64,000 nt of DNA from Adineta vaga (taxonomy: Eukaryota > Animalia > Rotifera): assembly GCA_021613535.1 (NCBI GenBank), contig CP075493.1, positions 6,200,001 to 6,264,000 of the forward strand, written 5' to 3'. Of this stretch, positions 26,757 through 39,767 are shown piece by piece. Under the pieces are notes generated by a model. The model ran no database searches. It saw only the letters and a program-made list of their open reading frames with translations, and was not told the DNA's origin. Positions within the stretch are counted from its first letter, which is position 1, and each line of letters starts with the position of its first letter. The position numbers and the translations under genes were made by a program.

Positions 26757-29700
26757 TCATTTTGCTGATGATGTGGAAATTAGTAAACTTATCTAAAAAT
26801 GAAAGTTATCGTTTTCATATATCCGAAGAAGAAGAGAAGAAGAAGGAGAAGAGGATGATTTACCTGTTCTTGAGATGGACATCCAATTATTTGAAGATCT
26901 TCTTCAGAATATTGATCACGAATCAAAACGATTAATTCTTGATAAGTTTGTTGAATATTAGTCTAAAGAAAATATACGTAGATCATTATTGTACACGTTT
27001 TATTCAATAGAATCTACTTTAACTGGTTTGAATAATATTTGTTCTGTATCTTTATTTGCCAAATAAAGTGACATCATTTTGAATATATCTGGTAATTGCT
27101 TTTTCATTAGATTATAATTTTCAATAATAAGATCATGTAAGACTTCTGGTTTTGCAAATGGTTGTTGTCTCAATGAAACTTTCTGTGTATTTGTATTATC
27201 ATGATTCATTTTAAGAATAACTTGTGCTCTTTGTAGATACTGTCTTAATGGTCCACATAGTTGACTGGATATATCAGCAATAAATAATTCACATGTTTGT
27301 TTTAAATGTTTATCTACTTCACGTTTTGAATCAATGAATGATTCTTTAACTTGTAATGTACCTTGAAGTAGAAAATCAAGAAAAGCATTATCACGATTCA
27401 TTGATAATAATTTCGATTTTTGTGTTAGAAATTTCATTGCTGCTTCTTTTAATTTCGAAAAATCAAGCACCATTTCTTTAACAGCAAAGTCAACATTGAA
27501 CGGAGCGATTTGTTCACGTAAAATTAATAAATGTTTTATGAGAAATAATCGACCATCTAATGCAGTTTTACGTTTAGTAATCATATCACTTGCAGCAATC
27601 AACGATTGAACACACATTGTTAATGTTTCTTGAGATAAACCTTGAAAAATATTACGCTAAAATAAACTAATTTAATCAATCATATTTTATTGAAAATAAA
27701 CTTACATCAAGACAACGAAATAATTTCGATAGACAAACAAGTGTACGTCGAACAGTTGGATACCACATACCATGAAAATCAGCGGGTGAAGAATTTTGTC
27801 CATCTTTAATTGTTGCAGATGACGAAATTACCGAAAGATCAGTACCAGGTATAGTTTCAAAAAACACTTCCGTTGTTGAATCAACCGATGATTGAGAATT
27901 TAATCTTGATGCACGTTGTTCTTTCAATGATTGAGCAATTTTCTAATTAAAAATAAATACAGATTTCAAATCAAATGAATTCATACGCATCTACCTGCAT
28001 CATCTCAAGTTTATCTGGATATGCAATATCACCTGGTGAAGGTTTATAAGATAGAATTTCATTTCGAATATATACTTGTGTACGATAAACTAAACGTTCT
28101 TGAACATCTTCAAGCATTTGTGAACATACAGTTTCAAATGTTGATAATTCTTTGGCTAGAAATAAATCGAATCCAAAATAAATTAGAAGTACAATAAAAC
28201 TCATTTTTATACCACTGTTTTTTACGTGTTCTTCAATCATTTCTACTTTTAAAATTGTTACTAGTTCAGCAAGTGTTTCTAAATGTATAACATGAATAAT
28301 ACGAGAACGAAGATGATCATAAAGTAAATGACAAAATTCAGATAACATTGTACTAAAAATAAAAAGAGTTTTGTTTAAGATCGATAGTTCAGTATAGTTC
28401 AACAAACTCTAAATGTATTGAATGTTTCGAAAAGAATTGATAGAATAGTTGATATTCATCTTGACAAAGATGCAATAGAAATGCACAACCACTACGCACC
28501 TAGAATCATTCAAATATAGATCTATCAATGAAAGAAAGAAAGATCGATTACCAATGTACACATATCTCTATCATATTTGATGGCTAGATCTTGTATAGCA
28601 CTTTGTACACTAAAACATTCAAATAATGAAAATCGAATTCATTTGTCTACAAGAAAATATTTCTATCCTACCTTGAAGTTAATAATATTCTTCTTTGATT
28701 TGTATAGCATTCATGACAATCTGAAAGGGTTTTTTCATATCTAAAACATGGCGTCAGTAGGAAGAGGATTTCGAGAAGAGAATGACTCACTCTGGATTTC
28801 GTGTACAACGTTGTTCGAGTTCTTCCGCTAATACTTTTACTTTCGGTGCATTAATTCGAAAACGTCCATAATACAATGTATAAGCATCGTTGGAGAGAAG
28901 AGTTTGGTTCTAAATAAGAAAAATTTGGTTAAAAATCATTGTTTATGATAGATATTAATTCATCTACTTTGTTCGGATCGATACTATTCGATGAATTCTG
29001 TAAAATCTGAATAATATGTGCTTTGATGATATTTAAAGCTTTTAATAAAACTTGTTTCATTTGATTTTTATAAACCAATGATTGTTTAAATGAATTCTAA
29101 AATAATGAACATATAGAAAATAAGCAAAGACTATGTTTAATATACATACATGAGTATCGAAATAAGCTAGACATTCATCAATACGAGTTAATGTTGGAAT
29201 TAATTGTTTGATATCAGATACTAATGGTGTTATTGAAAGATTCTAAGAAGAAAAGATAAAAATATCGTAGAGAAAAAAGAAGAGATGAATACTCTTTTCT
29301 TACTTTAGAAAATCGATCAACATCATCAAAGTAGGACAGACGATTATCAATACATTCGGTAATATTTAACAATTTAGCTTGATCAGCTAATAATTGTTCA
29401 CATGCACGATAGAGAGAATTTGTTTTATATGAGACTTTTGTATAGGTTTCATGTAATGTATCTAAATATTGAACTGCTTCATTAATATCCTTATACAATG
29501 TTTGACATTGTTGTTCCCAGAGACAAATATGTTCGAATGTGTTTCTAAAGATAATAGATCAAATAGAGAAAATATTTGTTTAGTTTTCATTCATTTACTT
29601 TTGCTGTAAATCTCCGATTGATTCAATCGATAGATTTTCATTTGTTTTCAAGGATTGTTCAATCCAACTATTCAACTAGAAGTGTACATTTTGATGAAAG

Positions 29701-29976
29701 GCAACATTTTTCTTCTCTTCTTACTTGTACTAAATCAGAATTTGTCCATGGAATTAATTCATTTGATCTTATTTGATTGATACTTAAACCATATTTTGAA
29801 TCGATCAGATCTTTCAATGAACCAACCGATTGCCAAGCTTGATCATTCAAAGATGCTACACATTTTTCAAGATTATTATCATCGTCCTTCGATGAATTGT
29901 CCCATAGAGTTGTTCGATCGATGAATAACGTTGCAGACGAAGACGGTAAAGTTTCGGTCATTAGATTGGTTTGCAT
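26757..29976 (-). CDS. COG3: Conserved oligomeric Golgi complex subunit 3 (Sec34)
   Basis: [83 protein letters not shown]. Confidence 0.95.
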
Positions 29977-30261
29977 TCTGTTGATAGCGATTCATGCGAA
30001 AGAACGAAAAACCAATCAAATATAGCGAACACTAGTTTTCATCTAAATAATTCAAAAATGTCATGTTTCAAGAAAAACAGAACAAATAAATAAGTAAACA
30101 TAAACAATAGCGAACGTGGCGATTTACTAAGTTTTTCATTGGAGCAATCTTTCTACCAATCCATTTTCAGATAGATGGCTCGCTCAGTTATTGAAGATAA
30201 GATATAACATTACATTTAAACTATATGCGTAAAAGCTTGCATAAAACAAAAGATAGAAAAA

Positions 30262-31182
30262 ATGTCAAATGAAATCTTTGTTCCATTCGATGAAACAATT
30301 CTTCGTTTACCATCATGTTTAACTGTGCATGCTCAATTGCATGATCATCTATCGAAATTTACATCTAAAGATTATGTTAAATATATTCAAGAGTTTCCTC
30401 GATTGCATGTTTGTGGTATTATAAGAAAAACGGAAAGTGAAACGACAGTCATTGCTGTAGCGGTCTATCGATATCATTCAAGTTCATTTGATACAATTCG
30501 TTTTGAAATTGATGACATTGTTGTCGATGAAAAAGAACGAAATCATGGATTAGGTACACGTCTGCTTCGTCATCTAATTGAACAAGCGAAACAATATGGT
30601 GTTACGCAAATTCTTGTACACTGTGATCCTGCCAATACGAACGCTCATCGATGGTTTTTTCGTCATGGTCTAACGATAATTGTTTTTGAATTTTACATGA
30701 AAAATCTTCAAATCTTACCTAGCAATGATCAAATTCGTGTGATCGATATTACAGAATTACCAGAAGAAGAGAATGAAAAATTCTTAAGCTCAGCTCAGGA
30801 TGTTTTCCGACAACTTCGACCACATTTACCAACTGATTCAAAACAGTATATAACTCAAATTCGAAATATTTGTCGTACGGGTCCAGCTCGCATGATAGTT
30901 GCTATCAATGAAACAAATGAAATACTCGGCTTATCAGTGTATCGTTTCACAGAAAATATGAACTTTGGCAAACATATCTATTGTGATGACTTAGTTACCA
31001 ATGAACAGAAACGAAGCTCTGGTGTTGGTCGTTGTTTGATAAATTATATGAAGAATGAAGGAAAAAAATCTGGTATTGATCAACTCATATTAGATAGTGG
31101 ATGTCAACGAGGACGAGCACATAAATTTTATCATCGAGAAGGTTTCTCCATCAGTCAATATGGATTTTTTATGTCGATTTGA
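30262..31182 (+). CDS. Intronless tandem (two-domain) GNAT N-acetyltransferase of bacterial type
   Basis: Two GNAT folds with motif A (DDIVVDEKERNHGLGTRLL; DDLVTNEQKRSSGVGRCL), plus RQLRPHL and LDSGCQRGRAHKFYHREG. Confidence 0.9.
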   Translation: MSNEIFVPFDETILRLPSCLTVHAQLHDHLSKFTSKDYVKYIQEFPRLHVCGIIRKTESETTVIAVAVYRYHSSSFDTIRFEIDDIVVDEKERNHGLGTRLLRHLIEQAKQYGVTQILVHCDPANTNAHRWFFRHGLTIIVFEFYMKNLQILPSNDQIRVIDITELPEEENEKFLSSAQDVFRQLRPHLPTDSKQYITQIRNICRTGPARMIVAINETNEILGLSVYRFTENMNFGKHIYCDDLVTNEQKRSSGVGRCLINYMKNEGKKSGIDQLILDSGCQRGRAHKFYHREGFSISQYGFFMSI

Positions 31183-31229
31183 TTTGTACAAAGATTTTTT
31201 ATTTTTCAAAAAAGTAGAGTAATAATCAA

Positions 31230-34200
31230 TTATTCCGTCTTCAAATCATTTAGTCTTATCTGTAATTCATCGATTTTGTCTGTTGCAGATGGAATTTTCT
31301 TCCAAATAACAATTGCCTTGTTCAATGCTTCGCGAGCATCATCATAGAATTCATCCATTTCTTCGTAATCTCCTAATAATTTATAGTTTTCTGCAAGAGA
31401 ACAAATCTGTTCATACAACTCATTAGTCATCTGTTGTGTTGTTTGAAAAAGTTGTGCAAACATGAAGTTTGATGCATACAGGCGAGTTACAATAGATTCA
31501 GGTAACATTTCATTATATAAATCCAGTAATTCATTCCAATAAAGACGAGCAAGTGTATAATCTTCGACTTTACTTAAAATATGTCCAATACAATCAGTCG
31601 TTTCTAAATCATCAATAATCCATGGTTTATTTTGTAAACTAAAGAGTTCTTTTTTAAATTGAACTATCATTGTTTCATCTTCTAATTCTTCCCAAAAAGA
31701 AATTATCAAACGACAGAGTAGAATACGATCGAAAATCGGAATATTTGATGAACGAAAATCGATGGTCATAATCATTTGCCGATATTCTTCGTCAGCGGAT
31801 ATATACTCTTCAAGTAACTTTAACAGTCCATAGTTCACTGCACTATTTGAACCTTCAAAATTTTGAAGAGCTCGATATACTTCCAGCGAATCATCGTACT
31901 GTTCTTTCGACGTATAATAAGCTGCTATTCTCATCAGAATATTATTTGCTTCGTTTGATGATAGTAAAGTCAGTAATTCTTTCCATTGGAGATCATCTGA
32001 CTCATTATTGAATAATATATCATTGAGTTTACATAGATGATCTGGAATGTCATACAATTTCTGACATATTTCAAATGTAATTATATTTGCTTTGCTGATT
32101 TCATTCGAAGAACTATTCAATTGAACAGATAGTTTAAATATATTCGTATAAGCATGTAATAAGTTGATCCAAAGATTGCTATTCGTAATTTCTTCACATT
32201 TGTCAAGAGCTGGTTCAGTTGAATCTATTATTTCAATCAATTGAGAATGAAAATATTTGATGACTAATATTTGTTCATCTTCAATTTCGATATCCGGCCA
32301 TGAAGGTTTCAATGTATCTTGCAATTTAGCAGCATATTTTTTGAAATATTTCAATGCAGTCTCATAATCTTCTAAGTCCAAGTAAGCATGAGCCAATTCT
32401 TCTGGTTTTTCCTTGTACAGGATGGACTTAGTCGATAAACGACGTTGAGATTTGGACGAAACTGGTCGTTGCGATTTCTGTGATATTGTAAGCTCAGATT
32501 TCTGTGATACAGGGCGTTCGGATTTCATTGTTTCGGATCGTTGAGATTTATTTGATTGAGGGCGCGAGTGTTCCTCATTATTTTCATCGTCTGTTTCATT
32601 GTCTTTCTCTTCCTCGTCTTCTTCCTCTTCCTCCTCATCATCATCATCGTCATCGGGACTTGGTAGATTGTCTTTATTCTTCTCGATTAATTTCTCTAAG
32701 ATTTTCTTAATAATTGTTTCAGTAGTTTTTGTTTTCTTTAATGCTCGGTTCCAGTACTGATCTGCATCGGAATATTCAGATTCGTTAAGATAAAGATTAC
32801 CAAGACGATATTCAAGTGATCGTTGACGAAATGTATCGGTAATTTCCTCTAACGATTTGAGAAGATTTTGCTGAATAGTTTCGGTCATACTGGGATATAG
32901 TTTTGTATATGCCTTGCTCAATTCTTCGTATAAGATGGCTGAACGTTGTTCATCAAGTTTTTCGAACATTGCAAGTTTTGAATGAAGTTCAATTGCTTGC
33001 TCATACAAATCAGTCGAATCTTTATCATCATCCGTTCGTTCATCATTGAATAATAAAGTTCGACCAAGAGACAGATAGATAAAAACATAATTACGTAGTA
33101 CTTGTGCAAATGTTCTTCCATTTATTAATCCTAAACGACTATTCAATAATGTTTGTATCTGATCGAATGTCATCGATGAAGCATCTTCTTCTTCAATTAA
33201 TTTCACTACAAATGTTGGTATAATCTCTATCAGAAGATCAATTGCTTCTTGTTGTTGTGTACTTGCTGATGCGAAATCTTTTTGTTCAGAAAACATTTTT
33301 GCTAGATTTGAATACATACGAATCAATGCTGGAATATCACTTTCTACTTCTTTGGTATCATCTGCGTCAACATCATTCGATGCTTGTGCTCGATCATAAA
33401 ATTCATTAGCTAATTCTGTTCTATTCATTAGACAATAACAATCTCCCATAAGGAAATAGGTCGAACGAATATCTATATGATTACTTGACATATTATCCAA
33501 TTGTATTTCAATAGCTCTTTCATAATTTTGAGCAGCAGTTTTGTAATCTTTACGTTGAAAACTACGCAAAGCAGCGAGTTTACAATTACGTACAAGGCTA
33601 GGATGATTGGATGAATAATGACGTTGTTTCAATTCATAAGATATACGAGAATATCGTAAAGCATCATCATCTTTCTTCAATAACAGAAACATTTCCGCAA
33701 GAGAATCATTAATAATCATACGTAGACGAATTGCTTCGTTATCGAGTCCTCTATTGACTAATAACTTATCAAAACGAAGTAATTCTGTAATAGGTTCATC
33801 ATTTGAAATGGATTGTTTCAATTTTAACATTCGTAAAAGTACACCAATTATTAATGTTATATCAACATTCTTCGATTCCAATAATCTTCTATAAACAATC
33901 ATACTTCCTTTAAAATTTCGTTGAGCAATACATGTATGAGCAAGAAGAAATGAACTTTGACCACGAAGAGATTCGACAACTTTGTCATAGACAAACATTT
34001 TTGCATAGAGAATTGCTAGATAGTCTCGTGGAGCATCATCAATCTTCAAATAATGATCGAAAACAATACGAATTGCACTATCAACTAATCGATGAGGTAA
34101 CTCAATTTTCGTTGTTCGTGCTGATGATAACAATTGATCAAGAAAGACTTTATGTTCATGTTCTATACCTATTTTCCAATATTCCATTGCTTTATCAAAT

Positions 34201-36269
34201 TCTTTCTCATGTGCAAAACAAGCACCAATAATTGCATAAAGATTTGCTAAATCTTGTTGATTCGTTGTTTGTTTCAATTCATAATCTTTGAGTAATTGAA
34301 GGAAATGTTCATCTTGATATTGAATAACCGATTGAAAATTTTTATTTCGAGCATATTCACAAACAATTCCAATATGAGCTTCGGCTACTTTCGGATGTGA
34401 TGATGGTAATGTTGATTCATAAATTTGTAATGCTTCTTCGAATTTTTCCTTTGCATCTGTGGAAATTTTTCGATTTTGTACACTTTTAAGTTGACCGAAA
34501 GCAATGCATAGATCACCTTTAAGTAAACGTTTTTCCAATGCATCATGTGAAATTTTTGTATTTCGATTATATAAATCATAGGATGATTGAAAATTCTTTT
34601 CAGCCTCAACATAATCATGTCGAGCATAAGCTACTTGACCAAGATTACAATACAATGATGCTAAATGTTGTTGAACATGCTTAGGTTCACGTTTTTGAAT
34701 ACGTATACCTTCCTCAAGATTTTGTTGTGCTTCATCCAATTGATTGAGACCAATATGTGCTTGACCAATATAATTGAAGATTTCAGCTAGAGCATTATTA
34801 TTAGAAAATTGTATTCGTGCTTGAGCATTGAGTGCTTTTCGATAATAATCTAAAGCTTCACCATATAAAGCTTGTCGAGAATAAATTAGACCAAGACAAT
34901 TATAAACCGAGACTAAATTCGGATCATTATCAAGTTGTTTACTGTCTATAAGTTGATTTAAATATCGTTTGCTAACTCGATCTTCACCAAGTTCAATTAA
35001 ATAACGAATGAGTAAAATACTGAGAGTAGCTTGAGATGATTGTTTAACTTTAGCTTTCATTTCATCGAGAAGAGTTAAATTAAAATCTTTTGCAGTTAAT
35101 TTAATTCGTTTAATTTCAGGATTTGTTTCATCAGCGACGATATCATCAATTTGAAATGTTGAACCCATATTGAAGAGAATTTCACGTTCTCGAGGATGAA
35201 ATGATATTGATTCAATATCTGCAAATGATGAACAAAGTATAGCAGGATCAATAGTAATTTCATACATAATAACAATATCATTGCCACGTTTCTTTAATTT
35301 TGCTGCAGCATATTCCAAACTAATTTTTTCGTCTTTTGATGTTGAAATAAATCCATTTATAGTAATCATTGCATCTTTTTGTCCTTTGGATTTTTCGATA
35401 ATTTCGAAATCGATACGACTTAATTTATCGGCTCGATAAACTGTAAGTTTCTCTGATGATTTCCATTGAAGATAAGATTGTTCGATCGTTTGACAAAGAT
35501 CACTTATATAATAACGATGACACATTAACAATTCGAAATTTTCCAAACGTAATATATTATTCATTTGATCGAAGATAGGAGCTTCATTACATGAATACCA
35601 CCATATAGCATTGTCAAAATGAGGTATTTCACCACCTGATAATTCCGTTGAAGCTAATTTTTGAAACTAAACATGTGATAGATTTCCGATGATGTAAAAA
35701 AAAAACTTCTCCAAGCTTCGTTTATTCACTTACTTTTACAGATTTCTCATTTAAATCGGTATCATTTCGAAAGTAAGACATTCGAAATGTTTCAGCATAT
35801 AATCGTTTATTTTTCCATCGATCTAATTTGGTTTGTTCTTCTGAATTCTGAAAAGAAAAACAAACAACGAATGAAATACCTAAACAGTTACAAATTCATT
35901 TATACATACGAGATTAATACCACCACCTTTTGGTCGTTCACTTTCTAAATATTGTTCACATGTTCGAATCATATCTGTACGAGCTAGTTCCATATCAAAA
36001 CGTGTAAAAGCATCATTCTGTTTTCCCATAACAAGAAAAATTTCTTTAATACGTCGAAACCATAAATAGGAACAAGCAGCTTGTGATAAATCATTTACAG
36101 AAGTCTTCTTTGCTTTGAAGACTTTCGTCGGCAAGACAAGATCTATTTCATCAGTTGTTAAAGATGCCGATGATGAGGATTGTCTATTCTGTTGATTACT
36201 TATAGCTGGCAAAGGTGATTTCAATTGTCTTACTAATGGTGGATTAAATGAATTGGATATGTTAGTCAT
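31230..36269 (-). CDS. Large ADP-ribosyltransferase (R-S-E) plus tetratricopeptide-repeat protein, 3 exons; start uncertain
   Basis: AIWWYS..MNNILR, LTVYRA (R), GFISTS (STS) and EREILF (ExE), followed by many TPRs (YNCLGLIYSRQALYGEALDYYRKAL etc.) and an acidic linker. Short introns near 35668-35732 and 35850-35905. Confidence 0.85.
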
Positions 36270-37686
36270 TGCTGGTTTCTGTTGATCGATTGAACGTGCA
36301 GATTTTTCGTGTAATATTCTTTTCTAAAAAACTTCGTGTCGTATTTGTCAGAGTTCTATTCTTCTTCCGACATCGATTATAGTAGGAAGAAAAAAAAAGA
36401 AAATAGGATATTAAAATATGAGAAGACGAAAGATGGTAAAATATAATGTATTTTACTATGACAACTATAAAACAGGAGGGCAAAACTACGGTGATACTTT
36501 AACAGGACGACATTTTTGATGGTTGCTTTCACAAAATGAAAGAAGAACATCAATTGCTAAATGACTACAACTATTTTTAGATAGAAGAAAAATGAAAGAA
36601 TATAGACACCGATTTTAGCTGATAGGATGAAGTGATGTAGAAAGATTCTTTTAAAACTAAAAACTAAATGTAAAATCAAATGAGAACATATTTCAAGTGA
36701 GTGGAATAATTATCAACGAATGGTGTAAAGAAACCTGTTTTGACAACTCTTATTATAGCAACATTTTTGTTTGCTTACAGAAACAAAGAAATTGAAAATA
36801 TGTTGTCCGTAATTATGCTCTCTTCATAAAGTTAACAAAAACATAATAACTAACTAAAAATATATTTACTTTCTGAAGGTTATTCACTAAGACATCGGAC
36901 AAATGAGTCCTATCTTTGATAGTCATCTAATGATTTAGATGACTTTTATAGGTGTTTTTATTGATATAAGTGAAATCACAATAATTTTGTACTTCATAGT
37001 ATTCTTCTGCCATCTATCATATATTATCCTGAATATTTTCTCTCAGTAATGCGTTGGTATTCCTTCTGAAGCAATAATATTTCTTCATTATTCATGTAGT
37101 AATTTGAATTTGAATTGAAATTTCCTTTTTTCCTTGTTGAGTTATGATGTTGCAACATGTTTCTATATATAATTAATTGATGTTTTTAGAAAAGGTATTA
37201 GAATAGATATTGCTACACGGTTGAACAAATTACCAGAAACACTGGGTATATTCGTCGACCGAATTTTATTCAACAAAAGCGCAAGAATATTTATTTAAAG
37301 TTAACAATCATTTCGTTTGTATTTTCTTGAAAGAAAGGTTAAACTATCGATCTTTCCATCTGCTTGTAGAATACTGATTACATCATAGAATATGACACTC
37401 TTTCTTTTTTGCTCGTTTTTAACTATAGTTACAGTCAATATACGTGATCGGCTTAAATCATCTAATTTGAAATTTGATCGTTACAAATTTCTTGTTCAAT
37501 ATTTCATTGGTGAAAATAAAGGTCAGAGTATTAAATATAGTTTTCGATGATACTGATGACATCACTGAATATATTTATTTTAGTGACAATTTTTTCGGTG
37601 CTGTAGCTGCTGCTTTTAAAAGATTTTGTTTTTTATTAAATATTGCAATTATATTTCGTCCATGTTCATTTTCTAGATAGAAAAAA

Positions 37687-39364
37687 ATGGCTGATATTCT
37701 TTTTGAGGATATATTCGAAGTGAAAGATATTGATAGTGGTAGAAAACGATTTCTTCGAGGTAAAACTGATTCAATGATGATCATTACGAAATAATTTCTT
37801 TTTAGTTTCACGAATTTTTTGTGAATCGGAATCATTTAAAATGGATTTAATTCTCGATGTTAATACACAAATCTATCCAATGGATCTTGGTTAGTATAGA
37901 AAATGATACTATTTCGAAGAATAAATTTTTTCTCTTCGTTTGCTACAGTATCAAATCGAAGAAAATGAGTTAGAGAAACGAAAAAAAAAGTGCACATAAA
38001 TAGTGCCAATTTCTTTCTTCCTCTCTCTCTCTCTTGATTTCTTTCTTTGCTTGCATACATATATATACATATTTATATAATCTGATAAGAACATAAGTGC
38101 TGGATAAGAGAAGGTTTCAAAATGGCGAGTAGAGAAGAAAGAGAAAAAGAAAATGAGGAAACTCAATAGGTAGAGAGAAGAGAGAAATGTTGATCACAGC
38201 TGTTCGTCATTTTTAAATTATTCTCTCGTTGATCTTCGCATTCGTTTGGATTACTTTTTCTGCTGTTACTCTACTCTTCCTCGTACTCCCACTTGCACAA
38301 TTTGAGCACGTATGTACATTAAAATCATATCGAGATGAAAGAAGAAAAAGCAGTTACATAGGTCCATCTTAATTTTAAAGGGTATTATAATCCTTATGTT
38401 CATAGTTCACTGATAATATTGAAAAATGTATGATTAAAGAGTAGATCTTTTCATGATTTCTTTTGCGTTAGAAAGAAACAGATGGTTGAAAGACAAATTT
38501 TCAATTCTATTCGAGGATATAAATATAACGTTATTTACGTCGGGCATCTACATACACAGCTGACTTGATTTCACTTCATTCAAATCGATCGAGTCCGATT
38601 ATAATGATAATAAAAAAATCCATGCATACACATACCTTAAGCTCTCTCACGGTGATAATAAAAACGCTTAGTATATATTCATGATATCGATCCACTTCAA
38701 TATCGAATAAGAAGAAAGAGAGAGAGAGAGAAAGAGAAAAAGGCATAACTCGTAATGCCATAAAAAAATTGAGAAGGCACTTTTTTCTTTTCTTTCTTTT
38801 ATACTTTTATAATATCGATTAGAACTACAAGTTGATTTCATTTCTGTTCTAGGTGATAAATTTCGTTTGAAAATATGTACAACATTACGTGAAGATGGTA
38901 AGCCTGATACAGGCGAATTCAATCAACATGATACGGCACCTAGTCGAGCGGATCAATTTGAATATGTAATGTATGGACAAGTTTATCGTATTGAAGGTGA
39001 TGAATCTGGCAGTGAAACAGCTTCGACATTGTAAGTTGAATCGATGTTAAAATAAAGGAAAAAATTTATATATATATATATATATATGTACCGTTCATTT
39101 GCTCGTGCCCGGCAATGCCTTTGCACGTGACCACCAAAAGACTGTAAATGCATTGGTCTGGTACGACCCATTGGAACGTTTTCATCGTTGTCTTGTGATT
39201 TGAATTGATAATGAATTTTTATTATTTGTCTTTCTCTCTTATTTAGATCAGCCTATGTTTCATTTGGTGGTCTTCTAATGCGTTTAAAAGGTGATGCTAA
39301 CAATTTACATGGATTTAAAATTGATTCCAGTGTTTATTTACTCATGAAAAAATTAGCTTTCTAA
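37687..39364 (+). CDS. POLR2H: RNA polymerase I/II/III shared subunit RPB8 (RPABC3), 4 exons
   Basis: Spliced [84 protein letters not shown]. Introns include 37890-38852 and 39031-39246. Not in the ORF track. Confidence 0.96.
39088..39190 (+). ncRNA. Candidate structured intronic RNA element of unknown class in RPB8 intron 3
   Basis: GC-enriched island with nested complementary segments GTACC/GGTAC, CATTTGC/GTAAATG, CGTGC/GCACG and GACCA/TGGTC. Confidence 0.35.
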
Positions 39365-39767
39365 ATGAAAGATAAAAAAAAAACTATATATGTCTGTTAT
39401 TGTTCTTTCTCTTGTGTTTTTGTTTAAACAGAAAAAAAATTAAAAGCAAATTGAGTGGATAGAAATATATATGTCGATGGATGAATAACCTTGGTATTCA
39501 TAATCAAACTACTCGAAAATAATAATCGATGTAATTCAGCAGGCCCTATAGCTAAATCAGCATTCTTTATCTTCAATATATAATAGAATATTGAGATACA
39601 ATATAATCAAAAGAAATCTTCTAGAGCGCCTAATCTTAATATTTCATAATTGTTCCATTGCACAACAACCAACGAGATTTTGTCGTTTGAAAAACTTTTA
39701 TTTCTAATATATCTATCTACCTCTAACATCAATATCTTTTTTCGTTTTTTTTCATCTATCTATTAAA

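Noticed and set aside
36500-37470. Possible decayed gene or transposon between ART-TPR and RPB8
   Set aside because: No terminal repeats, target-site duplication or recognisable protein motif.
39108-39124. AAGGCATTGCC on the minus strand recalls part of U6atac snRNA
   Set aside because: The match is short and the catalytic U6atac motifs are absent.
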